Shown here piece after piece: positions 18,585 through 31,481 of a DNA stretch of 64,000 nucleotides (within the stretch, counting starts at the first letter, position 1; each line of letters opens with the position of its first letter). A model generated the notes under the pieces. The model was given only the letters and a program-made list of their open reading frames with translations. It was not told where the DNA came from and ran no database searches. Where the stretch lies: positions 1 through 64,000 of IMG/VR virus record IMGVR_UViG_3300031857_000005, one strand, 5' to 3'. The translations under genes were made by a program, and so were the position numbers.

Positions 18585-19715
18585 ATGGAAAATCAAAATA
18601 GCGTAGCATATGTTGGAAAAATAGGTTCAGTAGTTGAAATACCAAATGCTGACAACATAGAACTTGTACTTGTTGGTGGATGGCAGGCGATAACCAAAAA
18701 AGGTGAATACCAAGAAGGAGATAAAGTTGTTGTTGCAACCACTGATGCGGTAATACCACAAGCATTGTCTGACTTGATGGAAGTGACTAACTACCTTCGT
18801 AAAGGACAACGAGTTAGAACCGTAAAACTTCGTGGATTTTATTCCGAATGTTTGTTAATACCATTCAAGTACTTGGCACCAAAATCATTGGTGAACAATG
18901 TTAATGAAGGTGATGATATGATGGAAATACTTGGAATAACCAAATACGAACCACCGGTTAAAATGGTTACTTTGGGTGGAGGTAAGAAAGTTAGATACCA
19001 CCAAAATCCAAACTTCCATATCTATCACAAATTCCCAAACATGAAGAATGTTCCTGATATGTTCACCGAAGAAGATGAGGTTGTTATCACCCGTAAAATA
19101 CACGGAACTAATGCCAGATTTGGAATAGTTAGAAAGAAAAAACTTTCTTTGTGGGATAGAGTGAAAAAGTTCTTCGGTAATGAGTGGGTTGAGTTTGAAT
19201 ATGTGTATGGTTCTCATAATGTGGAGAAAGGATCTGATTCTCAAGGATTCTACGATACTGATGTGTGGAGAGAAGTTGCCAACAAATATGACATACGAAA
19301 AAAACTTTGGGATCATGTTAAGGATACATATTACCCTGAATCTTTGGAACAAGGACTTACTATCTATGGGGAAATCTATGGTAAAGGAATCCAAAAAAAC
19401 TATGAATATGGTTTGGAGGAAATAAAGTTTGTTGGTTTTGATGTTGAAGTTGATGGTGTTTATCAACCACACCTTGAAGAAACCGTTCATTTTGATTGTT
19501 TGGAACTCCCACAAGTTGAAGTATTATATGAAGGAACTTGGAGTAAAGAAGAACAAGATAAATATGTCTTCGGTAATTTTATAAAAGGAACCAAAGTTCC
19601 TCACGAAGGTATCGTTGTTAAATCTGTGACTGGTGATCGTCATAAAGTTGCAAAGGTTATCAATCCTGATTATTTAATATATGGGGAGAAAAATAATGTT
19701 GGTGACTCCCATTGA
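18585..19715 (+). CDS. RNA ligase, DRB0094 / Rnl2-like family
   Basis: N-terminal OB-like IPNADNIEL..V.GW; TRKIHGTN adenylation motif; YGEIYG.GIQ, FDV, HEGIVVK, KVIN..YL. Confidence 0.85.
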   Translation: MENQNSVAYVGKIGSVVEIPNADNIELVLVGGWQAITKKGEYQEGDKVVVATTDAVIPQALSDLMEVTNYLRKGQRVRTVKLRGFYSECLLIPFKYLAPKSLVNNVNEGDDMMEILGITKYEPPVKMVTLGGGKKVRYHQNPNFHIYHKFPNMKNVPDMFTEEDEVVITRKIHGTNARFGIVRKKKLSLWDRVKKFFGNEWVEFEYVYGSHNVEKGSDSQGFYDTDVWREVANKYDIRKKLWDHVKDTYYPESLEQGLTIYGEIYGKGIQKNYEYGLEEIKFVGFDVEVDGVYQPHLEETVHFDCLELPQVEVLYEGTWSKEEQDKYVFGNFIKGTKVPHEGIVVKSVTGDRHKVAKVINPDYLIYGEKNNVGDSH

Positions 19716-20022
19716 TGGAGTCATCATTTTTTCATATAATTAAAAAAAGAAATTATGAGTAGTGTTAGAGTTTATGTGGACCTTGATGATGTCTACGATG
19801 AGATGGATAGAAGTGACAAAAGAACTATGGCTCAGTGGTTACACGATGACGGCATATTAGAATCACACCCAAATCCTGAAATAAGAAAAGTTGTTAGAGG
19901 TGATATAGAATCTCAAGGAGAAAAAGAATTAAGAGATAACCTCACAAAACTATGGAACAATTATTACCTACTAACAAACGAAGAAGAAGAATTAATTAAA
20001 AAACTTTCAAGTAGATTTTAAT

Positions 20023-20442
20023 ATGAGACATCACGCAAATTTCTTCATTAACCGACTTGCAACTGAATGGTTAAAAAATGGTAAATTGATTATTGGTTGT
20101 GATCTTGATGACACAATAATTCCATATAATGAAGAATTAAAAGAACATTGTCAAAAAGTTGTTGACTTGATTTTGGAATGTCAAAAAGAAGGTATTATAT
20201 TTTTAATTAATACTGCAAGAAGTGAACGACAATTGGAAACCGCAAAAGAACAAGTTGAAAAGTTGGGTATTGAAGTTCATGGGGTAAATCAAATGCATCC
20301 TGAGTGGGATAAACCATATGGGATGAATGGTAAGATATATGCAAACATATTCCTTGATGATAGAGGTGGAATAAAAAGTACATATTGGGATTTAAGTGAG
20401 GTTTTATCAATAGTAAAAAGAGAAAGAAGAAATGAAAAATAG
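20023..20442 (+). CDS. HAD-superfamily hydrolase-like protein
   Basis: CDLDDTI, NTAR, KIYANIFLDDR. Confidence 0.7.
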   Translation: MRHHANFFINRLATEWLKNGKLIIGCDLDDTIIPYNEELKEHCQKVVDLILECQKEGIIFLINTARSERQLETAKEQVEKLGIEVHGVNQMHPEWDKPYGMNGKIYANIFLDDRGGIKSTYWDLSEVLSIVKRERRNEK

Positions 20443-20681
20443 AATAGAAACAAGACAAATTATTTTTGGTGTGTATGAAAAAGGACACGGATGTGATTCA
20501 TATGTGGGTTATTTTAAATTTGAAAATGATGCAAAAAAAGAACTCAAATCTCAGATGAATCGACTTAAAGAAGAATATGGGACTTCAGATCTTGAGTTGA
20601 AAAACGATAGAGTTGTTAAGGTTGATGGTAGAACAGAAGAAATATTTTTTATTATTCATCCAATTGTATTAAGATAAAATT

Positions 20682-21656
20682 ATGGGACTAAAACATTTAA
20701 AAGAACAGAATCCTGATTTGAATATCAATTTAATTGATTTGATTTCCAAATTGGATCCGACTAAAACAAAAAAGTTAACACCTTTATTAATTAAGATGTT
20801 AAAAGATGGTATTGAAATTCGTAAAAATGATATGTATTGGGGCGGGAATGAAAATGACTCACCAACAGTAAAAATAATTAAAGAATTACCCGATTCAAAA
20901 ATGACACTTTTGAATTGGTTGTGTGTAAATTATTTCAATGTGGAAAATTTGGATAAACTTCCCCTATTTACAGAATATCTTGAAAGAGGATTGGTGGAAA
21001 ATACGGACATATCAACATATAAAGATTTCAACGACATAATTAGGGAAGTTGGAAAGGCAGCAACTAAAGAGATGTTGAAAAAATCCAAAAAGGATATTAT
21101 GATTGTTCACGACGACGATGAATGGTTATTCTTTAAACCATTAACTCACGATGCTGCGATTACATATGGGTTTGGAACAAAGTGGTGTACATCAATGAAG
21201 AACGATGGTGAGTACTTCTATAGATATTCGGCACAAGGAGTTTTGATTTATGTAATAAATAAAAAGACAAACAGAAAGTTTGGTATTCATAGTAATAATG
21301 AGGTTAAAATTGGTATATATGATGAAGTTGATAATCATATTGATTCATTTGAAACTGGTTTACCTAATGAATTGATTAAAAAACTTTTTGAGTGGTTGGA
21401 TGTTAAAACTAATCATACTAATTATGACTTGTTCTCACCTGAAGAAAAAATTAAGAGTCGTAAACATTATTTCAATGGGAAAGACGAAATTATAGAACTA
21501 ACCGAACAAACTATGGATGAACTTCCAATTCCTGTTGAGGATATGATGATGGAAGAGCCAAGATTGGTACCAAGAATGGCACCAAGGTTAGTACCGATGA
21601 CTATACCAATGAGAAATTATCCTGCAATTTTAAGAGATTTTGACGATTTACCATAA
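20682..21656 (+). CDS. conserved phage hypothetical protein (GTKWC motif)
   Basis: PLTHDAAITYGFGTKWCTS...FYRY...G.LIY.I; low-complexity PRLV/PRMA tail. Confidence 0.6.
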   Translation: MGLKHLKEQNPDLNINLIDLISKLDPTKTKKLTPLLIKMLKDGIEIRKNDMYWGGNENDSPTVKIIKELPDSKMTLLNWLCVNYFNVENLDKLPLFTEYLERGLVENTDISTYKDFNDIIREVGKAATKEMLKKSKKDIMIVHDDDEWLFFKPLTHDAAITYGFGTKWCTSMKNDGEYFYRYSAQGVLIYVINKKTNRKFGIHSNNEVKIGIYDEVDNHIDSFETGLPNELIKKLFEWLDVKTNHTNYDLFSPEEKIKSRKHYFNGKDEIIELTEQTMDELPIPVEDMMMEEPRLVPRMAPRLVPMTIPMRNYPAILRDFDDLP

Positions 21657-21661
21657 ATAAA

Positions 21662-21693
21662 TTTGTTTTAATTAAAGTCTTTTACTATATTTG
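21662..21693 (+). promoter_or_regulatory. Bacteroidota-type promoter, GTG start 4 nt downstream
   Basis: TTTG-N20-TATATTTG-caaa-GTG(21698). Confidence 0.8.
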
Positions 21694-21976
21694 CAAAGTG
21701 AGATTGGGTAAAAGAAAATATAGGATGGTTCTTGATGAACGAAACAAAAGATTCATAATTGAAAAAAAAGTGGATCTTTTGTTTATTAAATATTGGAGTA
21801 GAAGATATCTACGAAACAATAATGATACTTTTTACCATACTGAAGAACATACTTTGGCAAGAAAGATTGTTAACATATTGAATGGGAATGAACATCTTAT
21901 TTAAAAATAAAATTTTAGTTTACTATTGACACAATAAAATAAAAAACCTAAACTTTCACTTATAAAAAATAAAGTT

Positions 21977-22411
21977 ATGACAATTAAACAAGCGTTAAAA
22001 GCAAAAAATAAACTCGTCAAAAGTATTGGTGAGAATACAAAATTAATGCAACAGTACAACTCTGTTGAAGTAGGTAACCAACGACCATATAGCACGGAAG
22101 TATTATTCAACCAAATCAGTAAAGACACTTTAGAGTTGGCTGAATTAAAATCTAAAATCCATAAGGCAAACACTCCGGTGTTGGGGGACATTTTTTATAT
22201 GTCAGAATTGAAGTCAATGATTCAGGCTCTTAAGAAAATGGATTGTACCGAAGGTAAATCAAACAAAGATAGATACCGAATGGAGAGTGAATTGGTGATG
22301 ACATCTGAAATTTCATTGGTAACAAGAAATGAAATGGTTAAGTCAATGGAGGATAGAATTGAGAACATCCAAGATAAGTTGGATATTTTCAATGCAACCA
22401 CTGAGATTTAA
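21977..22411 (+). CDS. DIP1984-like helical protein
   Basis: M...QALK.K..L...I...L.ELK..IH.AN...I..LQ.KLD.FNATT pattern recalled from DIP1984-family proteins. Confidence 0.5.
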   Translation: MTIKQALKAKNKLVKSIGENTKLMQQYNSVEVGNQRPYSTEVLFNQISKDTLELAELKSKIHKANTPVLGDIFYMSELKSMIQALKKMDCTEGKSNKDRYRMESELVMTSEISLVTRNEMVKSMEDRIENIQDKLDIFNATTEI

Positions 22412-22591
22412 TATGGTTTGGGGATAAGGTTAAAAGTATTGGTTTTTCTAACTATACGATCGGCTGATTTGATAATTGATTATGATATAGAAATAGTCCA
22501 CTAAAATTGAACATTCAAATACTCAACCTGCATTTTATTAAAGCTTAAAACTCTTTTTTTGACCTATTTTAATCTTTGAAACAAACTATAT

Positions 22592-22624
22592 AAAACCCCC
22601 AATGTAAGTTGGGGGTTTGTTTTA
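22592..22624 (+). terminator. intrinsic terminator
   Basis: AAACCCCCAA...TTGGGGGTTT. Confidence 0.75.
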
Positions 22625-22647
22625 TATAAAAAAAATTATTATATTTG
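22616..22647 (+). promoter_or_regulatory. Bacteroidota-type promoter, ATG 4 nt downstream
   Basis: TTTG-N20-TATATTTG-tgat-ATG(22652). Confidence 0.75.
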
Positions 22648-23070
22648 TGATATGGGATTATTGTTGTTTGTATTATATACATCATTAGTTTTATTAATTG
22701 CGTATTTTTTTAAACACAAAAAAAATATGTAATGAATGTTGAAGAATTAATTGAGTATTTTCGTGAGGTACACGAAAGTGAACATAAGATATGGTTCACA
22801 ATGGAAGAAATTGAAAAAATAATTAAAGAATATGGAAAAAAGAAGTAATCACTACGGAGATGTTGCAAAATGGATTGAAAAGGTTATTGACTCTTGTGAG
22901 ACATACCAACAAACTTTTACTGCCAAAAAATTGATTAGAAATTTTAATGATCAACTAAGGAGAGACACTCCTGACAAGTATTGGGGAGATTATCAGTATA
23001 GTGTTATTTGGCCACTTGAGGCAATGGTAACATCCAAACGACAATCATTCATAAACAAAATTGAGGGGTA

Positions 23071-23652
23071 ATGAAAGTTATATTTTTGGATCACGATGGA
23101 GTTATTTGTCTTTCCAATAATTGGGGAGGACGAACGAAAAAATGGGCAAACTATCGTAGTGAAAACCCTGATAGTAGTAAGGAAAAAAAAGACGCTCCAG
23201 TATCTTTTCGTTTTGATGATTTTGACACTAAGTCGGTTAAAGTTCTTAATGAAATTCTTGAAGAAACAGGAGCTGAGATTGTGGTATCTTCAGATTGGAA
23301 ACTACACGCTACACTAGAAGAACTTGGTGAGTACTATGAGTTACACGGAATAAGTAAAAAACCAATATCATTAACACCAAACATAGGTACGTGTACAGTT
23401 CATGGTAATTTATTTATTTGGTCCCCACGATGGGATTTAGAACAAACACGAACAATTGAAATTAGACAATATCTTCATGATCACCCTGAAGTAACTCATT
23501 GGGTCTCTATTGATGACTTGAATATGGGTAAAATTGGTGAACCCTGGAAAGATGAGTGGGCGATAGATAATTTTGTATTGACACCAAAATCAAACGAAGG
23601 TATTAAACAATCTGGGGTTAAAGAAAAGATATTAAAATATTTGAAAGATTAA
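23071..23652 (+). CDS. HAD domain protein, Swiss-Army-knife RNA-repair type (HAD_SAK_2-like)
   Basis: VIFLDHDGV, IVVSSDW, WVSIDDL, EGI. Confidence 0.75.
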   Translation: MKVIFLDHDGVICLSNNWGGRTKKWANYRSENPDSSKEKKDAPVSFRFDDFDTKSVKVLNEILEETGAEIVVSSDWKLHATLEELGEYYELHGISKKPISLTPNIGTCTVHGNLFIWSPRWDLEQTRTIEIRQYLHDHPEVTHWVSIDDLNMGKIGEPWKDEWAIDNFVLTPKSNEGIKQSGVKEKILKYLKD

Positions 23653-23838
23653 TAAAATGAAGGATATAGTTGGGTGTGCTGATTATGATAGTATGGGGAA
23701 TCACGGGAGATTCCCAAAATCAAAATATAAAGAGATGAAAACATTTAAAAGAGGAATTCAAAAAGTTATTTTATGGTTTTCATTTAAGTTTACCAAAAAA
23801 AGAAAAAAAGATATTTGGGAATTGTAAAAAATATTGAT

Positions 23839-26800
23839 ATGACTAAAGAAGAAATGAATAAATACCTTGAGTCCATAGGCGGACTTGAGAATGGGTATTA
23901 CACAGACAGACCACCGATTACAAAATGTGGATTCTTTGGTGTTGATAGTGGTTGGTACCCATTAATTAAAGAATTAATTGAGGATTTAATTAAACTTGGG
24001 TGGAACAAACAAACTTGTCAAGTTAAAGAAAAATTTGGTGGTCTTAGATTTTATATTAATGAAGGTTCTAACGAGATTTATGAAAGAATTGTTAAAGCTG
24101 AAAAAGATAGTTATGAAATCTGTGAAACCTGTGGTGAAAAGGGTAATATGAGAACAGATATTGGTTGGTATAGAACATTATGTAATAAACACTATGAAGA
24201 GTATATATGAAATATTTAAAGGTAATGAACATCTAATAGATTTACATCCTGTTGAAGAGTTAATTGATTATACTCAAGAACTTGAGGGTATGATATTTGA
24301 AAAAAATATGGAGAAAGATAAAGAACACATCTTCAAATCAATGTTAGAGGATATACTTACCAGTTGTAATGAACTTGAAGAAAATAAATTACTTGTGGAA
24401 AGATATCCTGATTTGTATAAAAAAATGGATGCCGATATAATAGTTGAAAGTCTAAAAAAGTTTATTTTAGAAATGAACAGAAATCATAGATTAGGGTTAT
24501 GAAAAAAATTGAAATTAGTGAGGGTTGTTTTGGACCTGATGTTATGGTGGATGATGAGTCTTTATTCATGCACGAATATGATAACAGGAAACCTGAAATG
24601 ATTACTGACTTACAGGACGAATTAATTGATGAATTAAAATCATTAAAGGATAAACTCGGTATGAATGATTGGTATCAGATTGCTGAAATGGTTGTTACTA
24701 CTTCTGAAAAATACGAATACGATACGGAAGAATCTGATGAAGGAGATTCTTGTGGACAATGTGGAAATTATAATTGGAAATACATCTATAAAAAAGTGGA
24801 AAAATGAGAAAAAGTGTAAAGTTGGTATTGGTTGATCCAAATGAGTTACCGTATGTGGTTGCAAAACAACCAATAATGAAAAATGATTTATATCTAACCC
24901 CAAACAATGAGATTAAAACTTGTGTTGGTGGTGAGACAAGAAAAGAATTAAGTGAATGTCTAAAAATAATGGCAACACCTAATCAAGTACCTAATGATGA
25001 GAATTCATTAAAAAAATTAACAGAGATACTAAGTAGTGGTGGAGAGTTTGAATTGGAGATGGAAGATGAATTCACTAACCCGAAAGCATTTGAAAATGTT
25101 GGATGGGGAGATGGATTACCACAACCTATTTTAGTTGATAATAAAATAGTAATATAAAGAAGTATGTTAAGTATTATTGAACAAGTTATGCATTTATCTG
25201 TAATTGGTTTAACCATTATAGTTATTACCGCACAAATAATTTTTGATGTTTGTTGTAAAGATTAAGTATTATGTTAGAAGAAATTGTGGAGTATTATCAA
25301 GATGAGGAAATCCTGAAGGCGGATGGATTTGACGATGCGGTAATTGGAATTGATGAAAAATCAATGAGATTAATTTATTCTGTGAGAAAATGTATTGAAA
25401 TCTTAATCACCGAAGAAGATATGACTTTGGAAGATGCCTTAGAACATTTCAGTTTTAATGTTAGTGGATCCTATGTTGGAGAAAAAACACCAATTTGGTG
25501 TGAAGATATGTTTGAGAATTAAAAATTTTTATTATATTTGTGAAATGAAGAATCCAAAGATTAACACACCAAAGGGTGTTGGTGAAATTGAAACAGTGTA
25601 TATTTCAGAATTAGGGTTCCTTATGATTCGTGTTTATTATGAGGACAAGACTTATGTTTCTTATAACCTTGGTAAACACGATGTTAATGAAAATGTATTC
25701 ACAGATAAAATTATGAATGATGTCAGATAAACCTTCTATTATTGATCAAGAATTTAAAATCACATTTACTCAGGACAACGATTGTTGTTCAAATGAATAT
25801 CAATTCATTACAGTTAAAACACAGAATGGTGGTGGTGGAGACTTCTTTGTTATTGAAACTCAAAGATGGGCATTTGATTCTATTGAAGATTTGGTAAGGA
25901 TATTATATCAATTTAAAAATAAACACGACAGAATTAAAATTGAAGAAAAATGTTAAGACTTTGGGATTGGATGAGAATGCACATTCCTTATATGTTTGAA
26001 TTGGATCATTACATTAAAGGAATAATTATTAAACGAATTAAAAAAAAACTTAGAAAAAATGACTGAGAGAGAACTAATACTTTTAGGGTTTAAAAGTGAA
26101 GAAATTATTGATTTTGAAGGACAAGAAAATCCTGATTATTACTATGCGTATGATGTGGTAAATGGATTAACACTTATTACACCATCCAAAGGAGAATTGG
26201 TAGGTGAAGAATGGTATGTTGAAATATTTAATACTGATCCATCTATTAGATTTTATAAGATGGAAAAAGTTCAGGTATTAATTAACACATTGGAAAAAGC
26301 GATAATTAAATAATGAAAAAACTATTGTTTATTGTTGGATTAATCTCTATTCTTATTGGGTGTAGAACAACATATGTTGATGTTTATTATCTTGAAAAGT
26401 ATCCTGTTGAATGGTCTGATACATTAGTACAACAACCCGATCATTGGCACTACCATAGTAGTGATGGTTGGCTTTGTTTGGAAATACCCGCAGACACCTT
26501 CTGTTTAGATATTAAAGATACTATTATCGTCCCAACATATATGGGAACATATAAAAAAAAAGAATATGAAATAAAATGGAATCTAAAAACATTAAACAGT
26601 TATGAAGGAAAAAAATGTCATTGAAGTTTGTTTTGGTGTGGGAATGAATCAACTATTTCCAGAGACAATTAAAATTGTGATTGAAAGCGTTAAAAAACCA
26701 ATTAAAGAAAAAGAAGAAGATAGGGATCATGATAAATACATTTATTATTAATTGTGATTAAGGATAATTTTACATATTCAGAAGTACTTGAATTACTTGA

Positions 26801-27017
26801 AAAACTTAACGGTAATAAAGTAGAAAATGTTAAGTATTGGTTTGATGAAACTTTGGATGATGGGTTAAGTAATGTTGAAAAAATTTCTTATATCTGTGAT
26901 AATGAGTCAAAAATATTGGAGGCAATTATGAAAGGACATAAGGCTTGTGATAATGACGAGTTTCAAATTGCAAGAGATAAAATGAAAAAGTATAGAAAGG
27001 AGTTAGGATTAATATGA
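23839..27017 (+). other. run of about 10 short hypothetical phage ORFs
   Basis: abutting co-oriented ORFs incl. a QVKEKFGGLRFY family (23839-24210), an ADGFDDAVIG family (25271-25522) and a lipoprotein-like ORF (26313-26624). Confidence 0.65.
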
Positions 27018-27643
27018 AAGGTTATTTAAAATATTACGAACCATTTGAAGATAACGGATATACATCACCAGGTGGGTGGTGGTTAAAGACAACAAAAGAG
27101 TGGGATGTTAATGGACAATCATTTAGTTTATCTGATGAAAGTAAAGAATGGGTTAAAGAAACAAATCCACCCAAGTTAATGGAAGTAGATTTTGATGTAA
27201 TACCTGTTTGTTACTATGATGAAAAAACTCAAAAAGGGTATCATAAGTTTGTTGGGAAAATAAACATACCAAACAAACCTAAATCAAAAATATTCTTGAT
27301 TGACATTGATGGAACAATTTGTGATGACATTAAGAACGAGGACTCTCACCTATACCCAACTGCAAAAGTTATTCAGGGATCATTGGAACAGATTAATAAA
27401 TGGGCGGAAGAAGGACACACCATTACTTTTTTTACCGCAAGGGAGGAAAAGGATAGAGTGGTTACATTAAAATGGCTTTGGGAACATGGATTCAAATTTC
27501 ATCAATTAATTATGGACAAACCAAGAATTAGTGATAATCAAGAATATGTTTGGATTGATAATAGAAAAGTAAGGGCGGTAACATACTTAGGTACTTGGAC
27601 GGATTTAGTTGAGGTGAATGCAAAGATCCAAACATTTGGATAA
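27014..27643 (+). CDS. HAD-like phosphatase with unrelated N-terminal domain
   Basis: FLIDIDGTI, ITFFTAR, MDKPR, WIDN. Confidence 0.75.
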   Translation: MKGYLKYYEPFEDNGYTSPGGWWLKTTKEWDVNGQSFSLSDESKEWVKETNPPKLMEVDFDVIPVCYYDEKTQKGYHKFVGKINIPNKPKSKIFLIDIDGTICDDIKNEDSHLYPTAKVIQGSLEQINKWAEEGHTITFFTAREEKDRVVTLKWLWEHGFKFHQLIMDKPRISDNQEYVWIDNRKVRAVTYLGTWTDLVEVNAKIQTFG

Positions 27644-27879
27644 TTCAAATTTTTTTAGTAGTATTGTAATCAATATAAAAAAATCAGTATGAAATATTTT
27701 AAATTATTTTTGATGTGGTTGACATTTATTGTCATCGCATCACTTTACGGTGAGTATGTCGTAAGTAGAAATGTTAACGGGTTCCTCCAACTTTTAGGTT
27801 TCGTTGGTATGGTAGGGATCTTTGGAATAATGGGAAACGAAACAATAAAAATTTTAACAAACAATAAGAAAGAAGAAAA

Positions 27880-28830
27880 ATGATTAGTACAGTAATTTTT
27901 GTAGTGTGTTTGATTGCGGCGGTAGTATTCGCAATGAAAACAAGAGGTAATATGTATGTAACAAGTACAGACAGATGGGGAGATAATAGAGAAAAGTTTA
28001 ATGCGGCGTGGTTATTTAAACCACTTGGTATTTTTGTCTTTGGAACTCTTGTATCGTTATTCCAACCATTTGCGGTTGAAAGAATTGATGCGGGACATAA
28101 GGGTATTATTGTAAACTTAACTGGTGACAACAGAGGTGTACAAAATTACCAATATACAACAGGGTGGGTTATGTATAATACTTGGTTTAAACAAGTTCTT
28201 GAGTTCCCAACTTACCAACAACATATTGAGTATGATGATCAGGTGGTAATTACAAAAGGTGGATTCTCAGCAACAATTAAACCATCATTTAACTACTCAT
28301 TAAAACCTGATGCGATTGGTGATATGTTCGTTAATCTTCGTCTTGAGGTTAAAGATATTGAACAAGGATGGTTGAAAAATGCAATCGTTGGAGCAGTTAA
28401 TGATGAAGCAAATAAATGGGAAGTTGATAGTATCTTTAGTAATCGTCAACAATTTGAGGCGGCAATCGTGGCGGAATGTAATAAACGATTGACAAAATGG
28501 TTTGATGTTTCACAGTTGAGAACGAATATTACACCACCTGAAGCGTTACAAGAATCAATTATCGCAAAGACAAAGGCGATACAACAGGCTGAAGCGTCAG
28601 AACAACAGGCAATCGCAGCAATCGCGGAAGGTAAAAGAAAGGTTGCGGTGGCAAGAGCGGATTCTGCTGAGACAGTTATTAATGCCAATGCCGCAGCACT
28701 TGCAATCAAGATTAAACAAGATAGGTTAACACCGTTGTATATTGAATATTTGAAAGCAAATTCGTGGGATGGGAAGTTACCAACAACGGTGGCAGGTAAT
28801 TCAGGAATGTTCTTAAACTTGAATAAATAA
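27880..28830 (+). CDS. SPFH / band-7 / prohibitin domain membrane protein
   Basis: two TM helices, VERIDAGHKGI.V, LRTNI..P..LQESI.AK..A.Q, coiled coil, WDGKLP. Confidence 0.85.
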   Translation: MISTVIFVVCLIAAVVFAMKTRGNMYVTSTDRWGDNREKFNAAWLFKPLGIFVFGTLVSLFQPFAVERIDAGHKGIIVNLTGDNRGVQNYQYTTGWVMYNTWFKQVLEFPTYQQHIEYDDQVVITKGGFSATIKPSFNYSLKPDAIGDMFVNLRLEVKDIEQGWLKNAIVGAVNDEANKWEVDSIFSNRQQFEAAIVAECNKRLTKWFDVSQLRTNITPPEALQESIIAKTKAIQQAEASEQQAIAAIAEGKRKVAVARADSAETVINANAAALAIKIKQDRLTPLYIEYLKANSWDGKLPTTVAGNSGMFLNLNK

Positions 28831-29117
28831 TGGTTAAGGGATTATTTGGGATGGTGATAATAGTTGTTACCATCCTATTTCTAACAGGATGTGGTTGTAG
28901 TGATGAAGAATATTACAAACGAAAGTTTAAATTTAGTCCAGGTGACTTTGTAACACATAAGGTTAGTGGTGATAAAATTTTAATCACCGATACCTCAAGG
29001 TTTAACTCTGAATGTGGTTGTAATGTGGTGTTAGAATATTATGGAGTAAATTCCGCAGAAAACAATAATCTTTACGAAGAAATTGAATTAACAAAATAAA
29101 AAAGATTCAAAATACTT

Positions 29118-29145
29118 AACCCTTCCTTAATCGGAGGGGTTTTTT
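29118..29145 (+). terminator. intrinsic terminator
   Basis: AACCCTTCC...GGAGGGGTT followed by a T run. Confidence 0.75.
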
Positions 29146-29573
29146 ATTTCATATTAATTTCTTATTATTAGAAAAAAGAATTATGAGAGAAACAAAATTT
29201 AAGGTAGGAGACAAGGCGTGGAAACCAAAAGGTTATAAATTCCCCTGTACAATAATTGGGGTATTTGAGACAATCAAAGGTGATATCCGTGTTGTAGGTG
29301 AAATGGATGATTACGGATTATTACACATCTTCAACGAAGAACAATTGGATCATTATGGAGAACAATAATATACAATCACCAGTAGAATGGTTGATAGACG
29401 AGGCAATGAAATTAATGATTCAATATATGACAGGAACATTAAATGAAGACACTATTGAAGATGATGTTTATAGAATTGGAACTAGAGCAAAAGAAATGGA
29501 AAAAGAAAGATTGGAATCCCTTAAGGATTTTGATACTTGGAAAGAATGGAAAAACTCTTAATATATTTTAACA

Positions 29574-29831
29574 ATGACAACAAAATACCCAAAACCAGGA
29601 GAAAAATACCAACATTACAAAGGTGGACAATATGAAGTCATTTGTATGTGTAATCACACGGAGACAAATGAACCACTTGTTGTGTATCGTTCATTATCAT
29701 TTGGATCACAATACGCTCGTCCATTTAGTGAGTGGTACGAACAAGTTAGTACTGTAAAAATAGGTGCGTATGATCAACCAATATATAGATTCCAAAGTAC
29801 TGAAGAACCTAATTATGTAATTCACAAATAA
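29574..29831 (+). CDS. DUF1653 family protein
   Basis: YQHYKGGQYEV...HTET.E..VVY.SL...ARP. Confidence 0.8.
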   Translation: MTTKYPKPGEKYQHYKGGQYEVICMCNHTETNEPLVVYRSLSFGSQYARPFSEWYEQVSTVKIGAYDQPIYRFQSTEEPNYVIHK

Positions 29832-31481
29832 AAAAGGTTATGTATAGAATTAAGATTGAAGAAAGAAACAATGGAGAGAAACGATATATACCACAGAAAG
29901 GTTATTTACACATTTCAGGTGGATGGATTAAACGACAAGAAATAAGATGGGATAATTTATTTTGTGGTTCATTTAGTAGTGAATCTCTTGCTTTGGAAAA
30001 AATTGAAGAATACAAAAAACTGGTTGAAAAAAGAAAGGGTGAAGAAGTTAAATCCACAACTTATAAAATGATTGATTGATGAAAGCAAAATTGATTAAAA
30101 CAGAAGTAAACTATATCCTTGAAGATGACAAGGGGGTTGTTATCGCGTCAACATCATTGAATAAAGAAGGATTATCATTATCTATTAAAAACTGCCAAGT
30201 CATTGAGAATGGTTATGATTTGGATGAGTTGGCTGAAGAATTAACAGGGCAATATGCAACATTAAATCCAAAATCATTTAAAAGAGGTGTTTTATATGGT
30301 TTCCAAAAAGCACTTGAGTTGATGGGTGATAATAGGTTTAGTGAGGGGGATGTTATGTTAGGGTGGGACGCTGGCGTTATGTCACAGGTTATATGTCACA
30401 CCACTAATTTTGGTTTAAAACGAGAAGATGAACTTAAAAAACATAGAGAATCATATCAAATAGATTTAAAACCAGCATCACTACAACAAACTGAATGGGA
30501 TGTTGAGATTGTGATGAAAAAAGTTATAGATGAAACTAAAATAATTGGTGCTGTAAAAGGTGTAAAAGGGAGTGGAAATAAAATAACAACATATAAATCA
30601 GTCCCAAAACTTGATGTTGATGGATGTTTAATACTTAAAAGAATTTGATATGGAATGGATTGCAATATCAATGTGCGGTGGAGCTTTATTCTTATGTATA
30701 GTAATGTTAATTGAAAACAACAGATAATAAGATGAAAAATAATAAGGAAGAAACACTGAAAAAGTGGGGAGAGTTGTTAGACAAAATGGGTTTAAATGAT
30801 ACGTCAACAACAAAAATAAATATTGCCGAAATGATGGAGGGTAAAGCATCAAAACTATTGAAAGAAGATATGAATAAAGAAAGATATAATCAAATTATTG
30901 ATGAGGTGTATGACAAATACCTAACCAAGTATGTGGGTTATGATGATGTCCCCTCCAAAGAATTGATCCTGTTTGAGATTAAAAACAATACAGAGTTCTC
31001 CGAAAAGTGGGGATTGAAGATTGAGGAAAAAGAATTGAGTGAAAATGAGAGATATAAAATATTTGATGAAAGAGGTTATGAATTTAGAATGAACAATTGG
31101 TCTAAAGAAGAACAATATGATAAAGCAAACATTCCAACCAAACTAATCACACTTGAATATAACCAAGAAAAAATATACATTTATGAATGAACAAGAAATA
31201 ATCAAAACACAACAGGAGTTAATTGATTTGTTATACTCACAAGTTGTGGACTTATCAATGATGTCCAAGGTTGAATTGGGTGATGATGTAATTGAGGAAA
31301 TTAACCGATTAAAAGGATTGTTGAATGGATGATAAAAAACTATCAAAGGAAGAGATTGAAGATATTGAATACCTCCAAAAAAATATAATTAAATCGTTAA
31401 CACTCCCAATACATTTACACGGACTGAAGGAAGATGATGTTGTGGGTGTGAAATCATTGGAAATAACAAAACAAAATAAAG

